64,000 nucleotides of DNA from Eukaryota sp. TZLM1-RC. Its lineage: Eukaryota; Protista; Metamonada: BaSk clade. The notes under the pieces were generated by a model. It made no database searches. It saw only the letters and a program-made list of their open reading frames with translations, and was not told where the DNA came from. Positions 1-10,153 of this stretch are shown here, piece by piece. The translations under genes were made by a program, and so were the position numbers. The stretch is from assembly GCA_040285825.1 (NCBI GenBank), contig JAUPSS010000004.1, forward strand, positions 2,522,550 to 2,586,549. The letters run 5' to 3'. Numbering within the stretch: position 1 is the stretch's first letter; each line of letters begins with the position of its first letter.

Positions 1-783
1 CAATACCACCCAAATTTGCTGAAGAAAATAAGTGACTTTTCAACATTCCTGGTTCTACATCCAATAAATCAGCAAAAAATTCTGTTCTCAATGAATTAAA
101 TGAACGACAAAAATCTAATGCTATGGAAGGAGCACAATATCTCAAAATGTGGGTTATTCTCCCAGTGTAGCAAATTTTAAGCATGAAAAATTTAATATGC
201 TTTTCTATATCTAAAGAAGAAATTGAATCAAGTTCAATTTTCATTTTTTCCAAAATAACTTGCAATTCATTCTGAATTTGAGGCACGTTTCCTAACCAAC
301 AACCAAGGAACGTAAAAACATCACTACTATAATTAGTAAAAGGGACAATAGAATCGTTTATCACAAGATCTTGAGCAGAAGAGCCAATCAGAAGGCATTT
401 GCTCGCATTAAGATAAAGCCCAATATTTTTATATGAATCGGCAATTTCTTGAGCAACCAATTCTAGTAAATCAAATGAACCAATCAAGGATATATCATCC
501 ATATAAGCAACTATTTGTATAGAAGGGTATTTTTGCTTAATGATATTTAAAGTTTTGTGAATAGCTAAACAAAACAATAATGGGCCTAAAGGAGCACCTT
601 GCTTCACACCAGAAGATGATTTAAGACCAAATGAATTATAAATTAAATCTGATTCTTTCCCATAAAAATGATAGAAAAAACTCGATAGCTCAGGAAAATC
701 AGATTTAATTACTTCAAAAATTGCTTCTCGCTTTACAGAATTAAAAGCATTTTTAAAGTCAAGATTAAAAATATAATTATTTT
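1..783 (-). mobile_element. CRE-like RLE non-LTR retrotransposon fragment (RT region), family A; continues beyond window start
   Basis: Near-identical to 39913-40695; minus strand encodes LDFKNAFNS, SSSGVKQGAPLGPLLFCLAIH and VAYMDD; homology stops abruptly near 783 (5' truncation). Confidence 0.9.
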
Positions 784-1159
784 CATATTTTAAGACTTGC
801 ACCTGCAAATATTTTATACCTTCCTGATGATGAGCTTTTAAATTAGTGTCAACATCATGATATTAGAAACAATGATTGTGACGAAATCTTTTATGGTCTA
901 CTAACGCCATTTACTCGTCAAACTAAGAATTTAGTCACGGATGACAGTCTATATGATAATCTATTTCCAATTGATGTATATTTTCTTGCAGTTGCTGTTG
1001 GGAAAAATCCTCAGATATTCTTAAAACCAGCAATTACGATTGCTCAATTTATTGCCAATAGAGAAGAAAAACCTTATCACGTTGCCCCTGTATCCACCAA
1101 CATAGGTCCAGGATATTTTCCAATTATCACAACAACATTCTGGACAATTATTAGACAAT

Positions 1160-1850
1160 CATCTTTTGAACTGTAAACATTTCATTACATTTAGAAAAAA
1201 AGTGCATAATAATGTCAGGGACCAAATTTATGTAATGTGCAAATCATATCGAGTAGATTCCTTTTTAGAACCGCTGTTATCAAAATTAATTCTTGATGAT
1301 CCCAATATTGATAGTACGCGTTACAACAGAGCTTTTATGGGTCTGACAAGAGGTGATCTAGTTGTTCCCGGCTTATATGGTAGTTTTACTATTTTAGACG
1401 CCACGTCCATTGACCCTTGTACTTCTTCTAATGAACATTTCATTGACTCGGGTGTAAATAATCCTCTTTTTGCAGGCGAAAAATATAAAATTGCTAAATA
1501 TGCGAAACCCATTTCCTCGATTAATGAAAATTCTCATGCACAATGTAATTTATGTACCTTTGTTTCATCTTTGCTTGGATCTTTGGGTAAGGCTGCTATG
1601 GCTTTTCTTGAGGATTTGGTGTAGTTGTAAAGGAAAGAACTGGAAGAATTTTCAATCATGTTTACTGACAAAACAGGATTTGTTATTTTTAAGGGAATGG
1701 TGAAACTGATTTCTGATTCACTTTCTTCTTTTGGGAAATTTTCCGAATCTTTGGCAATTAATTGCTTTGATGTAGGGGAAACAGGTTTTGAGGATGTGGA
1801 GTTTAAATTGTGTAGTTTATGTTTTCATATTTGTTGTTGAATAAAATTTC
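1160..1850 (+). mobile_element. RLE retrotransposon 3' fragment (end of zinc knuckle plus restriction-like endonuclease), family B, frameshifted
   Basis: ORFs 1166-1624 and 1658-1840 are almost identical to the C-terminus of 15996-17180 (HLLNCKHF, RGDLVV...ILD...K..KY); AATAAA follows. Confidence 0.9.
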
Positions 1851-1884
1851 AAATGAAAAATAATTAGACAAACATTTTTTGTCA

Positions 1885-2190
1885 ATTTTATTAAAAACCT
1901 ATAAATCAACATCTAAATAATCCATCTCTCCCAAAACCAAAACACTAGATGCAACTCTCTCATAGTGAGATCCAAGAGAAAACAAAGCATCAGAAACCAT
2001 CTTCAACATCCCCTTAAAAATAGAAAACACAATTCTATTTTGCCAAAACAATCTGTTGAAATTCTTGTTAGTTCTTCTCTTTACAATCATTTCAAAATGT
2101 GCCAAAAAACGTATAGCCGTTGGAGCAAGTGAACCAAAAAGAGAAAATACAAATGGATACAAATTGTATTTTGCATGCTGTTGACTGGAC
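1885..2190 (-). mobile_element. RLE retrotransposon extreme 3' fragment, family A
   Basis: ORF 1899-2195 matches the C-terminus of 38768-39976 (YNLYPFVFSLFGSLAP...FWQNRIVFSIFKG); lies tail-to-tail with the previous fragment. Confidence 0.9.
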
Positions 2191-2194
2191 AACA

Positions 2195-3381
2195 TTGATG
2201 GACGATTTGTTGCCTAAACAGAGATTATAAATGGTTAATACACAAGTTCAAGTTCATAGATTCAAACCACCTGAACAACTTGACTTTTGGTCCAATATTG
2301 ACGATTTAAACCAACCAATGTTCCAACAAAGGTTTTATAAATTCAACAACATTATCCACAAAGATAGATTTACTATTGCAGTAGAATTTGTTCGTCGAAA
2401 TTTACAAGGTCAGAAATGTCAGCCGGGCAACAAGGCTAGTATTTCTGATTTATATATTGATGACGTTGATGTTGATTATTTTCAAGACAAACGAATTGTT
2501 GTTTTTGGTCCTGGAAAACGTGATTTATTGTATTTTGGGAGTAAAAAAACGGATCAAGAATTAGCATGGTTCCTGAACATTAAACTGAACAGCAAAGAAA
2601 TAGTCGAGTGATGAATCAAGACAAGAAATTCAAATGGTTGAGAATGACTCAGATGTCCTGGTCTTTGAAAAGTTGAAGTAATGAAAAGCAAAAACGATAC
2701 TCGACAAAGTATATTGAGGTAGATTACAACAGTAACCAAATGATAGAATCTACTGAAATGACAATTGAAAATGCATACAGCGAATTATCCGCGTTTGCCG
2801 CCAATTCAGCAACTTTTATAGATTTATCCAACTTTGTGGTTGCCAAACGTCGGCAAGTTTTTTTGACAATCGACTTTTACAGTCTTGACTTGTGGAGGAT
2901 TCATAAAATGCAAGCTTCTATTCACAAGCAAAAGACTACAAGTTGGTTGTTAACAAACCTTGCTCAGCAGTTTGGCAACCCGAAAGAAACTTTAATACTA
3001 ATGGGTGATTATGGTAAAAGGGGCTCTAAAAACTTGAAACATCAAAGGCCTAGTCGAGGAATTGGATTGATTCAATTTTTGAAAAGAAATGAATTTGAAG
3101 TATTGATGATTAATGAAGCTTTCACTTCAGCAAAATGTCCTGTTTGCTTTGAAAAGGTTGTTACGTTTTTGAGAGTAACAAATCCCAGATTCTATAGAAG
3201 AGAAAAGATTCCTGTTACTACATGTCATGGTTTATTGGCATGTAACAGTGACGGTTGTAAACCCAGTAACAAAGGCTCAACAAAGCTTTTCAATAGAAAT
3301 AAGCTGGCTTTTCTGAATATGTTTGCAATTGCTGAAGCCAGAATGAGTGGCAATGAAAGACGTCAATATCTGGCTAGTTGA
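2195..3381 (+). pseudogene. Degenerate Fanzor1 (eukaryotic TnpB-family RNA-guided nuclease), 5'-truncated
   Basis: Ordered motifs: FNNIIHKDRFTIAV (I.TDG.SV-like), RIVVFGPGKRDLLY (RuvC-I DPG with D>G), LILMGDYG, INEAFTSAKCPVC (RuvC-II E plus Zn finger), HGLLAC...C, FNRNKLAFLNM (RuvC-III NRD with D>N), ERRQYL. Stops at 2228 and 2674; frameshift near 2560-2585. Confidence 0.85.
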
Positions 3382-3445
3382 TAGTTTTTGTAATTATTCC
3401 ACACGAAAGTAGATCGTGTATTTATGGGTATTTCCCACATTAAAG
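3382..3445 (+). ncRNA. Candidate Fanzor omegaRNA scaffold / element right end
   Basis: Two adjacent hairpins directly after the Fanzor stop: ACACGA-aagtaga-TCGTGT (3401-3419) and TGGG-tattt-CCCA (3425-3437). Position matches where TnpB/Fanzor omegaRNAs are encoded; the stems are short. Confidence 0.4.
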
Positions 3446-3481
3446 AAAATACTGATTTTAAAAACAATATCTGTAAAGCCA

Positions 3482-3826
3482 ATGGACCTCCACACCACGC
3501 TTTGTCAACTTGAGCCCACCTTACGTGATACGACTCAGTTTAGGGACAAGCTTTCTACTTTCCTTCAAGTTTTACACTCTCCTACCGATCCAGCACTTAC
3601 ACAAATTCAAGTTCCAGAAGATGTTCTACAACAATTAGACGAAGGTAAAGTGCCTTCTGGTGGTCTGAATGAAGAGTACAGGAAACTATCTGATGAACAA
3701 CGTTCTGTCAATGGTAAGGTAAAAGCCATTGAGTTGTTGTCTTCAAAACTTGAAGCTTCTCTATCACAAACCTTCCCTGAACTTTACAATGAATATATCA
3801 AGAGTTTGGATTCGAGCCTTTTATAG
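3482..3826 (+). CDS. MED10: Mediator complex subunit 10 (Nut2)
   Basis: VPEDVLQQLDEGKVP...EQRSVNGKVKAIELL...LSQTFPELYNEY fits the MED10 pattern (vP.evl..iD.G.nP...GK......fPe...Y); ATG at 3482. Confidence 0.75.
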   Translation: MDLHTTLCQLEPTLRDTTQFRDKLSTFLQVLHSPTDPALTQIQVPEDVLQQLDEGKVPSGGLNEEYRKLSDEQRSVNGKVKAIELLSSKLEASLSQTFPELYNEYIKSLDSSLL

Positions 3827-4525
3827 TTTGTCTTCATTTATACTGATTTCTTTAGGTGAACTTGGCATGTTTTTTGTTATCGCCTGCTTGTTTTTGACGA
3901 CTTTTTTGTTCTTTAAATCAATTCTATTGATTACTGAAAATCATTGGAAGTTTTTTATTGGCTGTTTTGTAAAGATTGATATGTAATAAATTTTTTAATT
4001 AATTTTGAAGAAGTGATTGTCTGACACGTGGCAGTTATGTTTCTCTGTTTTCTCATTCAGTCTTGTAGAATCAATACTTAGTTTGAACATTATGGCAATA
4101 ATAGAACAATTTTGATTCTTGAATCACTATATTATTTCAGTAGCTGCAACTAGTTATATATATACTAGTTATAAATACTGTGTCGATTTAACTCCTTCTG
4201 GGGTTGTATCAAACGCATCATAAATGCTACGTTGTAGTGATGAATCTGATATCTTTTGTTCAATTAAATAGTATTATCATCTAAAAAATTCACAGCTTAT
4301 ATTGTTAATTTTTGTCAATCTTTGAATTTAACCAAAAAATTATCTAATTTTCATCAAGATCATTCAATCCCAACAATTCCAAATTTGACCAAACATTTGA
4401 ACGTAAACACTACAATAGATTGAACTCTGCAGAACGTAAATTATTTAGTCGGAATATTTGATGAATACATCGAGATAAAGAAGTTGTTCCAAAGAAAATA
4501 ATACAAATAAATTGAGTAATTTTGT

Positions 4526-5227
4526 TTATTTTGATGCTAAATCTTTTTGTAAATTCTTTATCATTTCTTCATGCATTGGTTTGTACAGTACAGTCGTCAC
4601 AGTTTTTCCTTTATACCGCCTTGACATTCCCAGCATCAATACAGATCGCCGTGGCCAAACATAGAGATGATTAATGGTAATGTGCTGGGGTAAAGGCATC
4701 AGCAACGGATCTGTTTTTTCTGGAATAGTAGAGTTTAATACTGTTTTGGCAAGATGAGGTGGTAACGCTTCTGGAGAGTTTGACGGTAGTTCAGGCACTT
4801 CTTGGCCAAACACTATAGATCTAGAGACTGAAACAGGCGAATCTTGACAATCTGGTAGAACTTCTACAATGTTATTTACATTTCCAAGCGCATCTCTGAG
4901 TGTTGGTTCAGCAGGAGAGTATCTCCATTCTGTGTCAACTATGTACTTATACTGCCACCTCCCTGGTGGTAGGCGTAGTTCTGCTTGTAGTATTCTGTCT
5001 GGACCAGGAGTAAGTTTGACTTTTCGTTTATCCCATTGAGTGAATGTGCCTGCTACAAAAACTGTTTGGCCTGGAAATGGCCATCTAAAGACTACTGGAT
5101 GACGGGAAACATTTCCATCATCAGCGTCACCTATGAAAGGAACGCCATTAGATAAAGTAGAGGACGACGATTCGTTTGAGTTGCTGCTATTGCTGTCTCT
5201 GTAGGGTTTGGTGGGTTTTTGGCCCAT
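4526..5227 (-). CDS. PRKAB: AMPK/SNF1 beta regulatory subunit
   Basis: N-terminal MG myristoylation site, CBM48 (PVVFRW...VAGTFTQW...YKYIVDTEW), ASC domain (LPPHL...LPLPQHITINHLY...RYKGKTVTTVLYKP). Confidence 0.93.
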   Translation of the reverse strand: MGQKPTKPYRDSNSSNSNESSSSTLSNGVPFIGDADDGNVSRHPVVFRWPFPGQTVFVAGTFTQWDKRKVKLTPGPDRILQAELRLPPGRWQYKYIVDTEWRYSPAEPTLRDALGNVNNIVEVLPDCQDSPVSVSRSIVFGQEVPELPSNSPEALPPHLAKTVLNSTIPEKTDPLLMPLPQHITINHLYVWPRRSVLMLGMSRRYKGKTVTTVLYKPMHEEMIKNLQKDLASK

Positions 5228-5302
5228 TTTGGATGGGGAATTAGATTATAAACATCACATTTGTTATTGTAACATTTATCTTGTAAATCAATCTCCTATC
5301 TG

Positions 5303-6248
5303 ATGACTCAGCCTGTGGTAGTTCGTTGTCTTGCACCTTCCATAGTTTGTCCCATTCGTTCTGTTGATCACAGTACGGTGAAACTCCTCTCTCTGACATT
5401 GAGACCCAGGTAGCTGAATTCATATATCGCCACTGTGATAAACCTTACATAGAAGTATGAACACAATGTTCCCATAACACTAGATTGAGGCCAAACTTGG
5501 CCTTTTGTTATCCAAAAAAACACATGATCGTTTTTGGAAAACATTTGAAGTCATCAATTCCGAAGCCATACTCTTCTCAGACCCACAATTTGTCCACCCG
5601 TACGAGTTTCTTACATCAATTCCAAAAGAACTTTTTGAAACAGTCAACATGGCTCTTAATGATAGATACCAGCATTCCAAGGAGCCTGGCTATGTGGGAG
5701 CTCCCATACATTGTCAGCATTTCATTGAGAGGGACTGGATATATGGAAGGGGACAAAAAATGAGAGCCTCAGTTGATTCTGATGGAAATGTTTTAAAATG
5801 TGTTAAAAAAACCAGAGTTGAGGATTTAAATATAATTTCACGACATACTGGGTTGGATTGGAGACTGTCAGCGTCTACAGAAGAACCTGTTCCACCACCA
5901 CCACTGGACATGATTGAACAGGAGAGAAGGAAGCATAGATGTTCTTATTTTTTTGAGTTGTGGAGGTTTGATTTAACTAGAGTTGATGTATACAAGCAGG
6001 AAATGTTACAAGAATCTGTATATCAGATTGAAATTGAAATTAGAGATATTTCTACGTTTGCTAAAAGAAAAGAAGAAATTATGAATAATTCAGATGATGC
6101 AACTGCAACTGAGCCACCATTGGACAAAATAATGTTTGGTTCTTTTCCATCTGGAGTGCAGTTGACTGACTTAGCTAGGGCATTTGTCAGTAATGTCCGG
6201 GCCACAATAATCATTGCAGGGGAGCTTGAAGAGGCAGAAGAAGATTAA
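5303..6248 (+). CDS. CET1: Cet1-type (triphosphate tunnel metalloenzyme) mRNA 5'-triphosphatase; exons 5303-5344, 5374-5454, 5484-6248
   Basis: Removing two 29-nt GT-AG introns gives MTQPVVVRCLAPSI|YGETPLSDIETQVAEFIYRHCDKPYIE|IEAKLG, restoring motif A (EIEAKLG); downstream DWRLSASTEEP, RRKHRCSY, WRFDLTRV and YQIEIE (motif C). Confidence 0.88.
5345..5373 (+). other. Spliceosomal intron, 29 nt
   Basis: GTTTGT...TTGATCACAG; contains an in-frame TGA; removal joins PSI to YGETP. Confidence 0.8.
5455..5483 (+). other. Spliceosomal intron, 29 nt
   Basis: GTATGA...ATAACACTAG; removal restores YIE-IEAKLG. Confidence 0.88.
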
Positions 6249-6798
6249 TTATGTGAGTTTGGGAGCAATTTAAATGTATACAATGATAAATAAATACATT
6301 GTTTTTTGGTTGTTCACTTTGATTCTCTTCATAAAGTTTGTGTTTTGGAAACCTATCAGAACCGACAATTGATAGAATGACACCAGATCAAAATGTATTA
6401 TGATTTTAATCATATGCATATTTATTTTCAGTCATGTCATTTTCTGTTGAGATAAGTAAATGGTTTGAGAACACCAAGAATTGCGAGATTTAAGAGAGAA
6501 TGAGAAGTGATTAGGAAATTACTGTTTTATTACTATGTGCCATAAATGAACTTATACATATGAATATAGTAGGTCTTTCACTGCAGTTGCAATCGCGAAT
6601 ACAAAAGCTTCAATTTTATTTCCGCCTATTGTAGTGGAAAATATCAAAAAGTTAAAAATTACCAAAATTATTGATCGTGTAAGGTGACAGGTGACAGTGT
6701 AAACTAAAAACTCGCTGAAATCAAAAGGAGAGTTAGATAAGAACCACCAAATGATGTTAATAATGACAATGTACAGACTGTCCTCAATTCTCCTTGAA

Positions 6799-8769
6799 TC
6801 AAAATTGAAAATGCAATGAATTGAAGAAATCAGCCAGTTCATCTGTTAGAGGGTATTGAATCCACTTAGGAAACCCATTGAGCTGAACAAGAAACCCACC
6901 AGTTTTTACTGGTAAGATTGATTGAATAGCCTTATTTTCACTTAGAACCAAAGGACAAAGCGAACACGTTTCGTGTCTGGATACTCCTGAAGATCTGAAC
7001 AGTAAAAAATCTAAACACGGAAAGTTTGACTCTAATAAATGACCCGAATAACTACTGGAAAGCAACAATTCTTTCAAATTTGGTAAGAAAACCTTCTCAC
7101 CAATTGCTTCCAGGTCAGCTGAAAGGTTCAAGCTCAATATTGATGACGGAAGTGCTACGTTTGCATTCAATATTCTTTGTGAGAATGCTGAACAATGTAC
7201 AGTTAGTGCTTCTAAACGGTTTAGAAATCTCAAGTCAATAAATTGCACTCCATGATTGACAGAATTAATTTCCAAACTACGTAAGAGTGGTGGAAGCAAA
7301 GGAAACTGATCGAGAATGTTATGAAGCTCAAGACCAACTAAGTTTTGAAAACAACTCAAATCTAGAGGTTGGTCGTTATAGTAGAGAGAACTAGTATCAG
7401 AAATATTTAAAAAATGCAGCTTTGGAAACGATTCTAAAATGGTCTCATCTCTTTTGAAATGGTTGGTGTGTAACCAAAGTTTGGTTATATTAGGATGAGG
7501 GACAATTGAATCCTTAAACTTGGAATTTAACCGAATTTTCAGTTTCTCTTCTGAATCTGCAAGATGAATGGTTTTAGGATTGACCAATACCTGCCTTATA
7601 GGGAAAGAATTTAAGACTTCATCTGCCAATCTAGCAAGCCGTTTACTGACTCTACATCTAAACGTAAACAGAGCACGTACATAAACATGAAATTCAAAGA
7701 ACCTCAATAGGAAATTCAAATAATGAGTCAAAATAATGTTGACAAGGACCGAAAATAAAGGTCTAATGATAGTCTTCCCTTGCCTATTTCTCTTGGGGAA
7801 AAATTGATTAAAGATGGCAACTTGTTGAGGAACTCTCAGCTCTTTGCGTCCAAAGATGTCATAACAATTACGACCTAATCCAAAAACACAAGAATGGTTG
7901 ACAGCTATCAAACAATGATGATCAAGAGAAATACTCAGTATATCAGAAAGGCGACTTATAGCAACTAGTGACTTGGAATTACTCAATGTAGGAGTTAATC
8001 TAGAGAGAGCGCCACAACCATGCACACTACCATTTGACAATAGAGCTATAAAGAAAAAGTCACCAGCCGCAATAGCTTTTATGTTGTTTACATGTGTTAG
8101 AGCTTTTGTAGGTCTTCTACGTCCTCTCAAGGGAATCGACCAAATGTTTCTTCTGACGTCAAGTACTACTACATGAGATTGACTAATTGAAACTGATTTC
8201 GCTTTGAGAAGAGGTATCCACTCAATATCACAACCACTGGTTCCGGGTCTAACAATAGAAACGTCACCAACTGAATCTAGACAAACGATTTGGTCCTCAC
8301 AGCCAGAAAGTGATTGTATATTCAATAAACCCTCAATAATAGTGAACGGGCGTCGCAAACCCCAATGAACCACATGACCTTGCTGTGTCAATGCAAAGGA
8401 ACAAAAACGGCCTGCATAAACACTGTCAATTTCAAATGGAATATCCAATTCAGATAATGGCAGTTCTTCATCAGACGAAGGTTTGAGTTGATGTGAACCA
8501 TTACGTCCCCATCCGATTACACGTCCATCATCCAACAACACAAGCGAGTGCCCTTCCCCTGCAGAAACAGAAACAGCACGGCTTATAGGAATTCTGACCG
8601 GAAAAGTGACTAAAGAGGGGCCTCCCCAAAGGACCTGGCTGTAAGAGTTCTTCCCCCAAGAATAAACGTCGCCATTGTTGAGAAGAACCAAGATATGTTC
8701 ATCTATAGAAATAGATTTAACTACAGCCTCAGGTGATGAAAAGAACCGTGAAAAGAACCGTGATAGCAT
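6799..8769 (-). CDS. RCC1-repeat plus LRR-like protein (possible divergent F-box linker)
   Basis: RCC1 repeats (VYSWGKNSYSQ, VSAGEGHSLVLLDDGRVIGWGRN); C-terminal LxxLxL repeats; paralogue of 12155-14353; likely ATG at 8769. Confidence 0.8.
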   Translation of the reverse strand: MLSRFFSRFFSSPEAVVKSISIDEHILVLLNNGDVYSWGKNSYSQVLWGGPSLVTFPVRIPISRAVSVSAGEGHSLVLLDDGRVIGWGRNGSHQLKPSSDEELPLSELDIPFEIDSVYAGRFCSFALTQQGHVVHWGLRRPFTIIEGLLNIQSLSGCEDQIVCLDSVGDVSIVRPGTSGCDIEWIPLLKAKSVSISQSHVVVLDVRRNIWSIPLRGRRRPTKALTHVNNIKAIAAGDFFFIALLSNGSVHGCGALSRLTPTLSNSKSLVAISRLSDILSISLDHHCLIAVNHSCVFGLGRNCYDIFGRKELRVPQQVAIFNQFFPKRNRQGKTIIRPLFSVLVNIILTHYLNFLLRFFEFHVYVRALFTFRCRVSKRLARLADEVLNSFPIRQVLVNPKTIHLADSEEKLKIRLNSKFKDSIVPHPNITKLWLHTNHFKRDETILESFPKLHFLNISDTSSLYYNDQPLDLSCFQNLVGLELHNILDQFPLLPPLLRSLEINSVNHGVQFIDLRFLNRLEALTVHCSAFSQRILNANVALPSSILSLNLSADLEAIGEKVFLPNLKELLLSSSYSGHLLESNFPCLDFLLFRSSGVSRHETCSLCPLVLSENKAIQSILPVKTGGFLVQLNGFPKWIQYPLTDELADFFNSLHFQF

Positions 8770-8862
8770 CGATATTGATACAGTTAGAAAACATGGTTGA
8801 ATAATCAAGTTGATTATCAATGACTCGTTTTTGAAATCCCTTAATTAAATTAAATTAAATAA

Positions 8863-9820
8863 TCAAGACTTGGAAAAATTGAATTGTCAATTAAATTATT
8901 GCAATAAATTAATTGCACTGATTGATTGGGGTTGTTTTCTCAGGGGCAATTAATTGCAATTTCTTTTCGCAAAGATATCTTCATCTAAATGGGCATTGGG
9001 ACTTTGTTTGTCCAACTTTTTGTTCCTTCAAGAAGATGTGCTACCCGCTGGACTTCAGCATTCAAACTTGTGCGCTCTTACTTTGCACTTTCTGATCTCC
9101 TAAAAACTGCGGATGCCGAGGTGCTCAGTATTTTACCTACGCCGGTAGAAGAGAGACTTCTTAAAGAAATTCAGGAACAACTATTTTTCTTGGAAAACGT
9201 GAATAAGCTGCTCCAAAAAAGACACTTAACTTATTGGAAGCCAAAGATATCTTTACTGAATTAAATGAAGATTTTACCACTATGCAGAAATACGTAAGCT
9301 ACCCATCCAGAGTGATACACTCTTCCGATTTTGAATTGGCAGTTATCAAGGTGTCGGACAATGATGAGCAGTTTTTAATCTTAGTTGAAAGAAATTCTCT
9401 GACAGCTTTCCAAACAGATGATAAACTTGAATTGTTTCTTTCACCTTCTTTGATTTGTGCTGGTGTAAAGCGGACAGTTCAAGATAGAATGAAACTTCGT
9501 CAACAAGCCCGTTCCATGGATCAGAATCGTTCCTTTATTGATCTGCCCTTTATTGCATGTACTACAGTCGAAGTAGAACGGCTCTTCAGTAGAGCCAAGT
9601 CTATGATTGGTTAACATCGTCACAGTTTAAGTGACGCCCATTTCGAGATGAAATTATTTTTGCATTACAACTGGAAATTTACGAATTAAAATATGTTGAG
9701 AACAGCACTTGTCATTGTTGACTTTGAGGTCGAATTGTGTATATTTTGTTTGTAATCTTCAGAATAATTATAAAAGAATAGTAATTATTTGGTCAATAAT
9801 TGCAATAATTGCAATAATTA
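8863..9820 (+). mobile_element. hAT DNA transposon remnant
   Basis: ATRWTS motif; C-terminal dimerisation motif ACTTVEVERLFSRAK...RHSLSDAHFEM; frameshifts; AATTGCAAT subterminal repeats on both sides. Confidence 0.8.
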
Positions 9821-9924
9821 ACGTTTTTGTGACGAACTAGCCACGTTAATAACTTGAAGGGGCTTTACAGAAAAAAATTCTTCAATGGATTTCACAGTTC
9901 ACTTTTTGTCTTTACTAAAACTAA

Positions 9925-10153
9925 CTGATAGAAAGATGGATACGTTAAGTGAAGTTGTTTCAAAAGAATGGGATTTGGAAATTACAATTGGAAGGTTGTA
10001 TACCGACATGGCAAACAGAAAAAACGCAGCAGAAACACCGATATTCGTACGATAGGATGTACAGCACAAAAAGAATTTTATTTGAAAGAAGTTTACCATC
10101 AACATGGAACTAAGTTTCAGCAAATTGGACAACTTGTATGCATAATTAGGTGA
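9925..10153 (+). pseudogene. Possible FAR1/MULE N-terminal zinc-finger remnant
   Basis: YRHGKQKKRSRNTDIRTIGCTA resembles the R.R.S.R.GC.A FAR1 motif; short and degenerate. Confidence 0.3.

Noticed and set aside
4125-4239. CACTA...TAGTG mini-element
   Set aside because: Only 5 bp of terminal match and no 3-bp TSD.
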